Positions 46,001 to 61,608 of a DNA stretch of 64,000 bases are shown one piece after another. The translations under genes and the position numbers were made by a program. The notes beneath the pieces are model-generated. The model had not been told where the DNA came from, did not search any database, and saw nothing but the letters and a program-made list of their open reading frames with translations. Position 1 is the stretch's first letter; every line of letters begins with the position of its first letter. The DNA comes from Chrysomallon squamiferum (taxonomy: Eukaryota > Animalia > Mollusca), in contig CM022666.1 of NCBI GenBank assembly GCA_012295275.1, positions 15,934,001-15,998,000 on the forward strand. Direction: 5' to 3'.

Positions 46001-46970
46001 ATTAAACATGTAAAATATAAAACACAGTTTACCTCTATCTTGTACTAATACTGATATTTTACATGATTGTGTATTAAACTGTTCTGATACTGAGTGTATT
46101 AAACATGTAAAATATAAAACACTTTTTACCTCTCTATCTTGTACTAATACTGATATTTTACATGTTTGTGTATTAAACATGTAAAATATAAAACATAGTT
46201 TACCTCTATCTTGTACTAATACTGATATTTTACATGTTTGTGTATTAAACATGTAAAATATAAAACACAGTTTACCTCTCTATCTCATAAATCTCAAGAG
46301 ATCTTCCTTCTCTCAGTCGCAGGATCCAGACTCCTGGGTTAGCTTTCAGCTGGAAGTAACCCTGTAACACAAACACAGTAACAAACTCAGTCTTTGTAAC
46401 TTTGTTTTTTCATAACTCAAACAGATACTGTTTCATTCAAATGGTTTCATTCAGACAGAGAAACAGACAGACAGACAGACAGACAAACAGGAAGATAAAT
46501 AGATAAATAGACAGACAGATAGATAGATAGACAGACAGACAGGTATACAGACAGATGGACAGACAAACAAACAGTTATAGAATATTTTTTAAAAATCATA
46601 TGTAATAACAAATTGTAACACACAAACAAACAAATTTCTGTTGAATTTCTCAACATTATTTAGAATAATGGATTTCACTTCTGTGACATATTTTAAACTA
46701 TTCTCTGTAAAATAGCGTAACTTTCAGACTTACCAGATTTGCCATGACGATGGTATCCATGAGAACGGCGCTGCTGTTAGTACCCAGTGTAAACTGCAGC
46801 CCCCTCGGCGGCTGCATCGTGTTAGCATCGTGACAGTGACCTGAACACAATCAATAAATAAATAAATAAACAAACATAAAATAAATCAATAAATCAATAA
46901 ATAAATAAATAAATAAATAAACAAATAAATCAAATAAATAAATTAATTAATTAATTAAATAAAAAATATA

Positions 46971-47001
<31 letters not shown>

Positions 47002-49226
47002 ACAAATATATAAATAAATAAATAAATAAATAAATAAACAAATAAATAAATAAACAAATATTCAACACATCCAAATAGCAACAGTTGTTTGTCTATCTAT
47101 CTTTCTATCTATGTATTAATTTATTTTATTATTATTATTATTATTTTATTTTTTTTAGACATTTCTTAATATTTTTTATATTCTTAATAACTTCAAAGAC
47201 TAATTATAACTGCTAAATTATATAAATTTTTAGATTTATTTTTATTTATTTATTTATTTGTTTATTTTATTATATTATTATTATTATTATTTTTTTTTTT
47301 TTACCTTCCAGTAGTAAATATTCCAGTTCAAACTCAGCATTGACTGCTACTTCAACCTAAAACACAAAACAAATTGTCAAGAAAAAATGAACTGAAACAG
47401 AGAGTCAGTTATTTACACTATTAGAAATGATTAATACATTTTCTTAGCACCTATAGATAAAAAGCCATCATAAAGTAAAACAGTTAATATTTAATGATTG
47501 AATTTTTCTTATTTAATTTACTGATAAAACAAACAAAAAGGAATTAAAGTATTTTAAAAATAAAATATTTTATGTTATTTGCAATGTACTGTATAGAACA
47601 ATCAGTATTTTTAATTTATGTCAAGAAAAATAAAAAAAATAAAACTAAACAACAACAACAAAAAAACACGAACATTTTTATTAATTTTCAAAGATGGGGG
47701 AAAATTAATGAAGATAGAAAGAAATGTTTTGACAACACACAGATCACATTTGTAATCAACAGTTACATGTTATCACACAAGTTTACAAACAAACAGATAA
47801 ATCAGAGATGAAAACCCACATGATTGAGTTACTCTTTCCAAAAAGCAAAAAGAGCCTATTCATAAGCACCTTCCCTACACAGGAAAACATTCATCATCTT
47901 TGATAAACAAGACACTGAGAAGTGGCTGGAACAGAAAAGTGGTGGACAGAAGAACCGAGAAGATTTGATCCTGTGTCGAGTGACACCTCAGACTATTTCT
48001 GTAACACTGAACACTGAATACTCACCTCCTCTAGCAGGATGTTGTCGAGGTCGTAGGGAGACCTCACTGCCTCCACCAGCCAGCTCTCTGGGGGGTGCAT
48101 GTTCACAGTGAGCAGACTTTTCTGGGGGAGGTCGTTAAACCTGGCGTAGGGACCTGCACTGTGGCTTCCGTCAGAATTAAAACTCACTTCAGGCTCAAAC
48201 ACATAGCGGTAGAAACTAGAATTAAAATTTGAATTTTAGTTTAAAACTTAAACCTATAGAGTTATAATTATAAATTAAATTTTTTTACTTTTTGAAATTA
48301 GCTTGTGAAATACTGAATGGTAGCACAACATTAATTATTCAGCTGTGATAATTCAAACTTTAGATTAAATATAAATAAATAAATATAAAAACTCATCTCT
48401 ATCTTTGATAGCTTGTCCACTGATTGTATCTTTCAAAAAATTAGACTAAAGAAAAAAAATAAAATATGTTGTTGAAAGTGTATACTGAATTTCTAACTTG
48501 AGGAAACCATGCTAAGGAAATGATGCAGATTTTATGCTAAAAATTTATTTGATATTTTTTCTATCAGTAATAAATAAAATGTGAAATATTATCTGAAGTT
48601 AAAGTTTATTACAAGGAAACAGAAGAAAAGGATCAAACCTTTTGAGTGGCATCTCAGATAGTTTATCTTTGCAGTTGAAATACAACTTGATCTCTACATT
48701 CGTTACCTCTCTTAGAACCTGAAACATCAAATTAACACATTTTAATTAATTTATTTTATTATTCCATAACAATTCAATTTCAGAATTAACTAGATACCAG
48801 ATCTACAGATAAAGATTTAAAAATATAACACAACTATAGTAATAAAATTGTGCTTACACAAAAGGAGAAAAGACTGAGAATTAATAGATTATCCACATTT
48901 AAAGCATGTTTTACTTTTATTTTTATCCATGGAAGCATTACTTTAAATTTATACAAAAATTCTAATAATATGTAAAATAATTCTTAACATTAGAAATTTG
49001 ATAATAAAACATTTCACTCTAAATTATGTTCAACAGTTTCCAAGATTTTCATTAGGTTTTAAAGAAATGTTAGTTAATTGGAACATTACAGCAAAAAAAT
49101 TATTTCATGAAATGTCAATTTGTTTTAATGTTTTAATAAGACCTTACCAAAAAAAAAAAAAAATAATAATAACAATAATAATAAAAAAAAAAATAAAATA
49201 AATAAATAACAATAATAATAACAATA

Positions 49227-49264
<38 letters not shown>

Positions 49265-49740
49265 ACAAAAAAACAACAAAAAAAACAAACAAACAAACAA
49301 ACAACCAATGACTATAAAGATGACTATTTAAACTACTTACTTCAAGGAGTGAAGCTAGTTTCTGAGCTTCTCTTGAGACTGGGTCAACGATGGCCTCAAT
49401 GAAGAAGGCTGGTGCAGAGTCGTCTGCAGGAATCTTCACAACACTGTCAACATTGTTACATGTAGTTAATACACAACACAAAGTGAATACACAACACTGT
49501 CAGTGTTGTTACATGTAGTTAATACACAACACAAAGTGAATACACAACACTGTCAATGTTGTTACATGTAGTTAATATACAACACATACATAATTAATCT
49601 CACACACAGAACATTATCAAAACAAAACTTAAAAATAGTGAAACATACCAGATAACAATTTATTAAATATAATGAAGAAAGAATAAAACAACAGATGATA
49701 ATAACAACAATAAATAATAATAATAATAATAATGGTAATG

Positions 49741-49793
<53 letters not shown>

Positions 49794-49822
49794 TAATAAT
49801 AATAATAATAAAATAATAATAA

Positions 49823-49896
<74 letters not shown>

Positions 49897-49907
49897 TAAT
49901 AATAATA

Positions 49908-49995
<88 letters not shown>

Positions 49996-50574
49996 CAAAT
50001 AAACAATCAGTAAATAAATCTACTGTAAACTGAACAGTCCTCCAAATATATGAATACAACCATAATGCTGACACAAAAAATAGGAATAACATCTATCAAC
50101 ACTTACACAGCAAACTGTTATATACAGGTAACTAAATTATTTTTTGTGATTACCTGTGTAACAAACTAAAAAGGTAACTAAATTATTTTTTGTGATTACC
50201 TGTGTAACAAACTAAAAACAAACTAAAAAGTGTAACAAACTAAAAAAGGAAGAGTTATTTTGTGATTACCTTGTAACAAACTAAAAAGGTAACTGTACAG
50301 GTATTTTGTGATTACCTGTGTAACAAACTAAAAAGGTAACTGAAGAGTTATTTTGTGATTACCTGTGTAACAAACTAAAAAGGTAACTGAAGAGTTATTT
50401 TGTGGTTACCTGTGTAACAAACTAAAAAGGTAACTGAACAGTTATTTTGTGGTTACCTGTGTTTCTGGGAAGAAGATATGACTTTCTTTCTGGTGCTTGT
50501 TTGAGTCTGTGCAGTCAACAAAGAACCAACCTTCATAGACAACTCACTTCCCCTACAATACAACCAGACTGTTA

Positions 50575-50607
<33 letters not shown>

Positions 50608-53600
50608 GAGAGAGAGAGAGATAGAGAGAGAGGATCTATTTACATTATATTTTATTTAATGTTTTCACTATCAAAGTGTGTGTTGGTGTTTAACACAAAA
50701 TGTTTAACTATAGCAGAGACAGATAACACCCAGACACTGAGATGGGCTAATGAAAATGCTACAGAGGAGTTTCTGTTATAATTCAAAGTATAGCAAATGC
50801 TAAACTGGTCGCTATATATATATATATATGTATGTATAATAAAAAATTATGACTGTTGTAGCAGTCATTGAAGAATCAAATATCACTAACTTTAAAAAAA
50901 GAAAAAGTACTTTGTCATGATGTGGAAACTGATTAAAAGTAGGTATATTTATCAAAGTAGGTATAAATAAAGATTTACATAACGTTTTCCTTATTTTCAA
51001 CAGATTATTTTATAAATACTCCATGAATTAATTTCTTAAACACTTTTATTCTTGCCTAAATAGCTGATAAACATAACCTGATAATTATAAAACAATAATA
51101 ACAATAATAAAAACATTAACTACTAGATTTAACAGTTAAAAACTTACGCTGTTCCCTTGTGTCCGAGACTTTTCAGTTTATCTGATATTTTCTTAGCAAA
51201 CTGAGAACTGACGAACTTCTCCAGCAGCGCAAAATCATCAGTCGTAAAATCCTCATCTTCTCTCAGAGGTCCCAGAACCTGAAACAGTTTACTTTACTTA
51301 CTTACTTACTTATTTACTTACTTATTTACTTACATACTTATTTACTTATTTTACTTACATATTTATTAATTTACTTTATATTTATTTAGTTTATTCATTT
51401 ATTTAGTTATTTATTTATTTACTTACTTACTTACTTATTTACTTATATATTTATTTATTTATTTACTTAATTACTTAGTTGTTTTTTTTATTTATTTGCT
51501 TATCTGTTTACTTACTTAATTATTTATATATCTTTGTGATAAGTGAAAGTTTGAATAAAAAATTACAAATAAGAAATTTTCATTAATATTTGAATCAGGC
51601 AATTATAAATCTGACATCATTTATTAAGATTTAAAGCACAATTTTAAAAATGTGAAATAAACCAATTAATTTTGAAATCAGGAAGTTATCAGTGTTTGAA
51701 TCAAGAAATTATAAATATTAAATAACTTATGAAGTTTTAATGATAGTGATTTCATAAAGAGTTATCCAACAGTTAAAAAAAAACATTGCTTCCATGTAGT
51801 AATTCACAATATTTGATTTATTAAACTTTTAAACAATGAAATAATCTATAAATTGTTTTCTTTACAAATCATAGACAATAACAAGTTCATCAATATTTCA
51901 TTCTAGAAAAACAGTGCCAACAAAAATATTTAAAAAAATAAAATAAAATAAAATAAAAAATGAATAAAGAAATAAAAAAATGAATAAAGAAATAAAAAAA
52001 GAAAGAAAGAAATAATAATAAAATAAAGAAATACAAAAACAAAAAAAAAAAATTGTAAAATGTTTCTAGAAGTACTAATAGAGAATATTTCAACAACTTT
52101 TTTTTAATATTACTGTATCTTACTTTTCCATTTGTTACAACTCCTCGTTGCCAGGGTTCGAACTTGAGGACCTGTCTGACAAATGTCTGGTGAGACTGCA
52201 AAAATTTCCCAGTCTCCTTCTCCAGAGCTGATAAATAACCTTTAACATCCATACCCTGCAAAAACACAACAACACAACACTACCCTGTAATAACATGCTA
52301 AAAATCATGGCCAAAACACTGAGACTGATGGGACTTTGTTATTTGTTATTAAGTGGTATGGATAAAAATAATTATATTCTAATCAAGATGTTCATGTCAT
52401 CTGCTTGATGATGCCGATGATGTGCATGCAGCTACAACATCATCATTATCACAGACCGTAGTCAGATAGAGTTAATCAACTTCTATAAAGTTTAATTACA
52501 GATAGTATTAATCTGTTTCTTAAACTGAGTCATTGTTACACTATTTACATGAATCGCTAACATTTCTTTTCACATCTCATTTATGAAGTAAAGTTTATAA
52601 ATGGAGTTATTCTTGCTTTATTAGCATGATTTCTAAGCAGGCAGCTCTGCATATTTTTCTTTCATATTCTATCTCTGAAAAGTAATGCATGTCTAGGTTT
52701 TGTGTGCAATATATCTGTCATTGTGTGTACATGTGTGTTTATGGGTGTGTTTTGTGTGCAATATATCTCTCTCTGTCATTGTGTGTGTGTGTGTGTGTAT
52801 ATGGGTGTGTTTGTGTGCATGTATGTGCAAGTGTGTGTCTTTGATTGTATATACAGGGAAAAAAATGTCTATAAACATAATTTATATCTAGTTATAGTTA
52901 TATTTGTATATACAGACATATATCTATCTCTATTAAATTAAGAGTACAAGCTAATTAATATATATGCATTACATGTACAGCTAAATCCTCCAGAGTTTTC
53001 TCCCCTGACGCGAGCTCTTTTACATTCTCCTCTTTAACCAGCTTGGTGATGAAGTTGCGAGCGTTGTTGCCAGACAAAACTTTCAATGCTACAAAAACTG
53101 CCTTGTTAATCTTGTTCTCATCATCTGCAGAAACTGGGTTGAAAACCACACTAAGTCGTAATTCACTGGTGTGTTTCTGAAATTTTTTTTAAATTAAATA
53201 ATAATAATAATAATAAATAAATACTAGAATTTTTTTAATTAATATGTTTATAAATGAAAAATAAAAGTTCTTAATTTTGTTAAATTTGATAACAATTTTT
53301 GTAATTTTCATTACTAAAATAACATTTTAATGTTACTTAATTCAACAAAATTATTAAATAAAACACTAATAATTTTTAATAGATTTAAAAAACATGAAAT
53401 AAAAAAATAAAAAAGTAATGAAGCTAATAAATTTTTTTATTATACATCTATATATATAAAAATATTCATGTAAATTGTTTTAAAATCAAAGGGAGGTAAC
53501 TAACCAACTGTTTAATTGCATTATACATGTGTTGTCTCCCTGCCACAGTGTCAAGGTCAGCCACAACCCACATGGAGACAGGATAAAGAGTTTCCTCCTC

Positions 53601-56194
53601 TAAAAATATTTAATTATTCATTTTTAATATGAAACTTTTATTTTCTAACATGCACACATGAGCTCAATTTTGTTTTTTTATTTCAAAATTTAAGTCATTT
53701 ATGATACACAATCAAAACTGTTAACTGTTAACAATTTGCAAAACAATGAGAGAAAAAAAAAAATAAATAAATAAAACTAAGTAAAAAATAATAATAAAAT
53801 AATAAAGAAAAAAAATAAAGAACAACAATAAATAAAAATAGTAACAATAATGAAGGCAAATTTTTGTAATTATTATAATAGTTGTTAAATAATAATTGAA
53901 AAAATGATTCAGCATTATTTCATGTCATAATAAAAAATTAAAACAAATTAAAAGAAAAAATCTGAATAAGAGCAGTAAAAGTACAAACAAAAATAATAAT
54001 AATAACAACAACAACAACAACAAAATATAACAACTACTCCTACTATTACTACTACTACTAATAAATATAAAACAAAAAACAATACTGTCAGTAATAAAAA
54101 TAACAATGAAAACTGTAAGATACTGGTAAAATAAAAATATAAAAACTTAATGTTAAATCTATTACAAAAATCTTAATTATGTTAACAAAACTGTTAATAA
54201 AAATTGTTAAAAATGTTACTCAAACCTACCTTTTCGTGCAATGTACTTCAAACTGCCTGCTACAACACTGGACATGTCCTTAGCTGGCAGGTGCGAGAAA
54301 GTTTCAGGATCATCAATCAAATTCTCATCTAAAGTAAATAAATAAATAAATTAATTAATTAATTAATTAATAAGCAAATAAATATTTAAAATAAATTAAT
54401 TAATTAATTAATAGAGAAGAAAATAAATAAATAAGTAAGTAAATTAATAAGTAAGTGAATTAATAATGAAGAAAGAAAAAAAGAAAGACATTCCAACAAA
54501 AAATTATCTTTCCAAAATATTTTTGAAAAAACGTTAATACTGTAGATAAATTTTATAAACTCAAAACAATCTTTAGTGTGTTTCTGTGTTGCATCAAGAC
54601 TTTAACACAAATGTACATAAATAAAATACCTATATTCTCTGTGATGTCCAGGGTGATCTGTGAAGGGGAGAGTACTCTAGAACTCAGTCTTGGCAGCACA
54701 TTGTCTCTCTCCATCAGCCAGTCTAGAATGTCCATCCCATCATAGAGGTTTCCCTGAAATACAAACAGACATTTTTATTACTTCAACTTTTGTTAGATAA
54801 TAATCAAAGGGTTTGTTTATTTATTTATTTACCATCTTTTGGTGTTTATTTATTTATTTAATTTTTGTAGGCATTTTATGGAGCCTGGCAAGACCGGGAA
54901 ATCAATTATTAGTTTCATCAAAGATAATAATATCTGTGATTATTTTTTGGAATTAAACGTTACTTCTTTTTAAAATGGATAAAAAAAATTATACATTTAA
55001 TTTTACAGATGTTTTTCTTGTCAAATATAAAAAGAATAGTAAAAAATATATTCAATGTAAATTTTTTCCATCTAATACAAATGTTTATATTGTCAAATAC
55101 AAAGAGAATGACAAACAAAATGGATATAAAAATTATACATTAAATACAAGTTTTTATGTTGTCAAATATAAACAGAATAATAAAAAATGGATATAAAAAT
55201 TATAACATTTAAAATACAAATTATTATACAGTCCAATATAAAAGAGAATAATAAAATAAATGGATATAGATTGTAACTTTGATACAGGTTTTTGCATTAA
55301 GAAAGAATCGGGTTAACAAAAGGTTTGTACATGGTAGACTGCTGTCTGTATTGCGGGTGTTGAGGCCAGGATCTCGCTGACCACGCCCTCCTCGAAGAGG
55401 TCGTGGGTGAGGAAACGTTTCTTCAGAGGAATTCCGTTCATGAGAACCTGCGGCAGGTTGTCCAGTCCACTTCGGCTGATGAAGTCTTTGCCCGCCTGAA
55501 ACAGTTTTTACTTTTATTTTATCCTTAATATCGATCTTTTTATATGAATAATGAATTTTTGGATAAGAATAACAAAGTTTTATTAAAAAATATGAACTTT
55601 TAAAAGGAATAATGAATTTTTTGTGAGGATAATGAAGTTTTAGTAAGAACAATGAAGTTTTAATAGAATAATGACGTTTTAATAAGAACCATGAAATGTT
55701 TATACAAATGATGAAGATTTCGTAAGTAAAATGAAGTTTTAATAAAAACAATTAAGTTTTTATAAGAACAATTAAGTTTTTATAAAAATAATGAAGTTCT
55801 AATAAGAAACAAAGTTTTTTATACAAATAATGAAGATTTAATAAGTAAAATGAAGTTTTAATAAGTACAATTAAGTTTAATAAGTAAAATGAAGATTTAA
55901 TAAGTAAAATGAAGTTTTAATAAGTAAAATGAAGTTTTAATAAGGAAAATGAAGATTTGATAAGAACAGTGAACAGCATACTTTCAGTACATCGTTGTAG
56001 TCGCCATCCTCGCTGAACACCATCGTCATGTCTTCTGATGGATAGTTATTTTTAAACTCCGATTTCACACTGTCTTCTGTTACCTCACCTTGACCCACCT
56101 TCTCATACACCTGTCAGGTGAGAAAGAAATATACAACATTATTTATTACGTAGTATCAGTAATGTTTTTTTTACATTTAATACTGAATAAATAT

Positions 56195-56241
<47 letters not shown>

Positions 56242-56482
56242 TGTGCATATATGTATGTATATATATCAAATAATACATACAAATATATTTATACTTATAT
56301 AATAATAATGTAAGATGAAGAAGAAGAAAAAGAATATCAATAGAAATAATAACAGATTTAATATTAACATAATAAAATAATGACAATGATAATGAAAATG
56401 CATGATGATGATGATGATAGTAATAATAATGATAATGATAATAATAATAATTATGATGATAATGATAATGATGATGATAATG

Positions 56483-56520
<38 letters not shown>

Positions 56521-58142
56521 GATAATAATGATGATAATGATAATGATAATAATTACATCTGTGATAAATGCTAAGGCTGTTGCGATGCTGTTGTCTGTTT
56601 TGATGAAGTTGAAAGCCTGTGCGAATGCAACACCAGCTTTGTAGATGTCACTGTTGCTGTCGTTTGAATTAACAGCAAGAACAAGACCTAGCCTGTAACA
56701 CAAGTTAGAAAATTAAGAAAAATAATATTAAGAATTAAACATCAAACAAAATATTTATAAACAATTATGGAAATAATTTTTTTAAATAATAACAAAAAGC
56801 AGATTAAAAATAAACATTAAAATCAAGGTTTAATATTTACTTTTTTCTATTTAAATATTTTTATATGTGTATTTTCACCATCTCTTTAATTATTTCTTTT
56901 CCATTTTTCTCATTAACCAAATGTCATAACTCAAAACCAATCAAGCATCACAATATTGAAAAAAAAACACAAAAAAACAAGTAAGTAAGTAAGTAAATAA
57001 ATAAATAAATGGAAAGATATAAAAACAGATAGATATATAAAGACAAATATAAATAGATAGATAACTATAGATAGAGAGACAGAAGAAAGACAGAGAAGTA
57101 AATAAATCAACACAGACATGAATAAAAAACAAACAAACAAACAAACAAGTAAACAAATGTTGTGTTTATTCTGTGACAAACCTGATGGGGGCTTTGTGTA
57201 CAAAAAAAGCTTCTGCCATTCGAATCAGATCTCTGCTGGACTTTTCTGCTGGATTCACGACAAAAATCTGTTATACAAAGTTAATGAACAAACAAACAAA
57301 TAAATAAATGAATGAATGAATGAACATGCAGTCAAATAAATAATTCCAAAATTAAACATAAAATCAAGAAAAAAAAATTAAAAAATTAAAAAACGTTATT
57401 TCTTTTATTGGTTAGTATCATAATAATTTATAAAATTATGTTTACCTTAAAATTTTGAAAATGGTTAAAAATAAAAGATAAGAAAATAAAAACCAAAAAA
57501 ATTCTCAAGTATCAAATGGAAACAAAAATGGCAGGAGTTAAAATATTCATTACAGACATAACTGAAAAGGTGTTGATTATTTTGATTAAAAATATCAATA
57601 TTATTATACAAAATATCAGTATTAAAAGTCACCCATAAATAATCAATGGAAAGATATAAATAATAAATTACAAATAATCCAAAAAATATCAACATTATCA
57701 AAATCACTCATAAAATATTCTTATAACACTCACCCACAAAATACCATGAAGCAGACGTGAAATACAAAAATTTCAAAAGTGCTAAAATCTCGTTATGTAT
57801 CATTGTTTATTTTGATTTTTATTAATTTTGATAAAACAAACAAGAAAGTTAACTAGGACTTACAAGATGAAAGATGTATTTTTTCGAATGTGTCGCAGCA
57901 TTCCAGGGAAAGTGGGTCGCAGAAAATCCTGCATGCTTCCCGGCCAGCTGCCATACTTTCTGTCATTTTCCAAATCATTGACAAACTGAAACATGTCACA
58001 CAGCACTAATAAATTACTAAAAACAAATATTACTACAAAGAAACAAATACAACTACAATAAATAAATAAACAAAATAAATAAATAAACAAAAAACAAACA
58101 AACAAATAAACAAACAAATAAAAAACAAACAAACAATAAATA

Positions 58143-58176
<34 letters not shown>

Positions 58177-58739
58177 TAATTCCTCACAAAACTATCACTG
58201 GTTATTGTATTAAATGAACACAAAATGATAAACTATATTGGACTATAATATCTATATAGATATATGAATAAAATATTTTACTCAGAAAATTGCTATTGAT
58301 TGTATGCGGCAGATAACAAAAAATATAATGAAATATTGATAAATTAATTAAATAAATAAATTTACATAAAGAAAGAAAGAAAGAAAGAAAAAGAAAGAAG
58401 AAAAGAAAGAACAAAAAGAAAGAAAGAAACAATTATTAACACACACAGTATGAAAGTTGATCAGTCAGTTTCACACACACACAGACAGACAAAGATAAAA
58501 GCACAGACACACAGATGTAACAAAGTATTATAAAGGGACACTCAGGTAAGACTAACTCACCTGTACGGCTGTGTGACGAATGTCCACTGCAAACCTGGTG
58601 TTCTCCTCACTTTTCAACTCGATGTTAATTAACTCTGACACATCATCTCCCTGCCATTAAACAATTCTTAATTACAAAGTTATTATTATATAGGACCTTT
58701 TTCATTAAAAGTCAATTGACTGTGTGTGTGTGTGTATGT

Positions 58740-58776
<37 letters not shown>

Positions 58777-61577
58777 AAAAACTGCAGTATTGTACAATTC
58801 TGTAAATATCTGAGTGTGTGTGTGTGTGTGTCAAAATCTGAAGTACTGTACAATTCTGTAAATATCTGAGTGTGTGTGTGTTGATTAACTATTTTATTAA
58901 GAAATAATTTGTAAGTCAACTTTGAAACAAAAAATAAAAGCTAAATATTTTGAAGCACACGCAGTTAAATAACATATAATTCATAAACTATCTAACTTTT
59001 ATTTCAAAAAATGTATGAGTGTGTTTTATTCAAAACAATAGCCAATAATTTGAAATTTGATGGTTTCAAGTGTTTAATTAATACACAACAGATGTATTAA
59101 CTATATAATTTACTGAGCATTTACTACTGACAATTAATTTTTTTTTTTTTAAAACTTGAAAAAATAATTAGTAATATAAGTATTTTTTTTTATATAAATA
59201 TTAAATCATCAGTCAGATATTTTACAGACCTTAAAACCGAGAGTGTGTAAACCTTCGAGAATCTTAGCTTCCAACTTCATCGCTTCTACCAGCGAGAAGA
59301 CGTCGTAGATCTCCAAATCTATCTGCAGACCGTTGACAAAGAGAGCCGAGTCTCCGGCCATTATCTCCAGTCCACTTTCAAACAGCTGAAATCATTTATT
59401 TATTTTTTAAAGTATTTTTTACATAAAAAATTATTTTAATTTAAATTTTTAATTATTTTCATTATCATCATAATCATCTTCATTATAAATTGTTGTTATT
59501 ATCATGATTTTTATGGTTATTCTTTCCTGGGTTTTTTTTTACAGTGTGACTACAAATCTTAGTATAAAATTTATATTAATGGCTCAGGTATGAAAGATGT
59601 TTGGGGTCAAAGTTTGGATTCAAAGAGTAAACAGAGATGGAAAGAGTCAAGGTAAAAAGTTATTTTGTCCAAGTGTTTGTTGTTTTATTTACCTGTTGAT
59701 TCTTTTCCATTTCTTTCCTGAATTCGTTATTAATTTTAACTCTTACTAAAGACCTGAAAAGTAATTTAAAAACAAAATTAGAAAACAACCAGGTTTAACT
59801 GTGTAAATGAAAACTTTGATAATTTTTAAAACAAAAAGAAACATGTTCATTGTGCCAAACTGAACTGGTTCCATGCTATTAATTAAACTTTTTTTATCTG
59901 AAAAAAAAACATTTTAGCTTAAAAATATTGGTTTTATGCACTTTTTAATTTTATCCTTAAAAAATTAAAATAAATAAACTTTTAAATTTTAAATGAAAAA
60001 AAAAACCCAAATTATAAAAAGATGATTGTTAAAAAAAAAAAACTGGTTCAAATAAAAAAAAAAAGAATAATAAAGAACAAAAAAAAATGATTGTGGGTGA
60101 CAGTTACAAACACAGGTACAGTGTCTCACATGTACAAGTACAGATGTCTTAATGTGACAGTTACAACGACAAGGAGGGTGAACTACCTGGCCTGGGTGGG
60201 GAAGTTCTGACTGATGTCTCTGAGAATTCTAAGTGCATCTTCTGGTGGAGCCAACACAATCCTCTGTGCTGCTTGAAGACTCAGGTCTGAAACAATCAAA
60301 CAATTATTTTTAACACTTTAATTATATTCAGTACCTAGCAGCATGATGTTTGTGAATTCATAAATAAATAAATAAATAAATAAAAAAGCAAATTAATAAA
60401 TAAATAACAGTAAAAATAAAAATAAAAATAATAATAATAATAATAATAATAATTATAATAATAATAATAATAATAATCATTATAATAATATCAGGTCCCC
60501 TGTTTAAAGAAATGAAGTGATGAAGAAACTCACCCTGTAGCTGCCAGACTTTGAGAGTTGGGAGTTCAGTTGTTGAGTCAATCAGGTAATTGTGAAAATC
60601 TCTCAGTTCTTTCTTTTTGTCAGGATGTAGTTCACTGTAACATTAAACTTTACTTTGAAAACTTCATAGAAGGTATTAAATATACAGCCAAATAATCAGA
60701 TAGACAGTAGGCAGAGATAAAGACTAATAGAAAACAGAAAGACAGGCAGATGAATAATTGGACAGACAGAAAGAAACTGACAGACAGACACACAAAGGAA
60801 TGGATACATGGAGACGATTTTGCATTCACTTATAGTAGTGTAGTAAATGTATTTTTATAACCTTTTTGTTAAACAGATAAACATGTTTTTACATTGTTCT
60901 CCACTGTGTCAAATAATGAACAAAACAATTAACACCTGGGTTGTTATTGTCAGAGAAATAAAATTTAACTTACATGGAATAATCCCATTCTAATGTTTAA
61001 CCCCATTTCAGTAAATATTTTGAATAAATGATGTAAACTAAATTTTATTTGATATTTTTGGTTTGAACTTATAGACTCCAAAATTAGGTTTAAAATAAAA
61101 TTAAAAATAATAATATAAAAACAAACTAACCTTAATTTAGCAAAGACAAAACCCTGAACATCACCATCAGCATCTTCAGCTTGAAAACCTTCTGTTCCTT
61201 CATCTGCAACAACAACATCATCATCATCATCATCAATTTTTATGTTGTACATTTGGACAAAATCAAACATTTTAATAAAAAGGAAAAAAAAAACAAATTT
61301 GACTCTTCTAATTCATAAAGACATGCTAAAAGAGAATTTTGATTCAGATGTAAAGCATGAAAGAGGCAAATAATAAAAATAGAACAAATTTAATAAACAG
61401 TGTAGTTTTCCCTCATTTATATAAACATTTGAAAATCTCATCAGAAATTGAAGTCACAAAGGCATGAAATATTATAATACTACGCGACTAAATAAACAGT
61501 AAATAGTAAAGTAATCAGTTAAGAAAAAAAAGAAAAAGAAAGAAAAAGGAAAAAAGATTAAACAATAATAATAATAA

Positions 61578-61608
<31 letters not shown>

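Noticed and set aside
45950-46252. 100-aa repetitive ORF (also 45241-45465)
   Set aside because: Read-through of the 72-bp intronic minisatellite.
55224-55751. 175-aa minus-strand ORF
   Set aside because: It is an alternative frame across a minisatellite and UGGT exon 55331-55495; the UGGT frame explains the coding signal.
57734-57781. 48-nt exon-like segment with a gtgagt donor, considered as a fix for the UGGT frameshift
   Set aside because: Its length is a multiple of 3, so it cannot restore phase, and the peptide is not UGGT-like.
58730-58880. Two-copy ~60-bp intronic duplication with (GT)n
   Set aside because: It does not touch a splice site; an ordinary microsatellite-mediated duplication.
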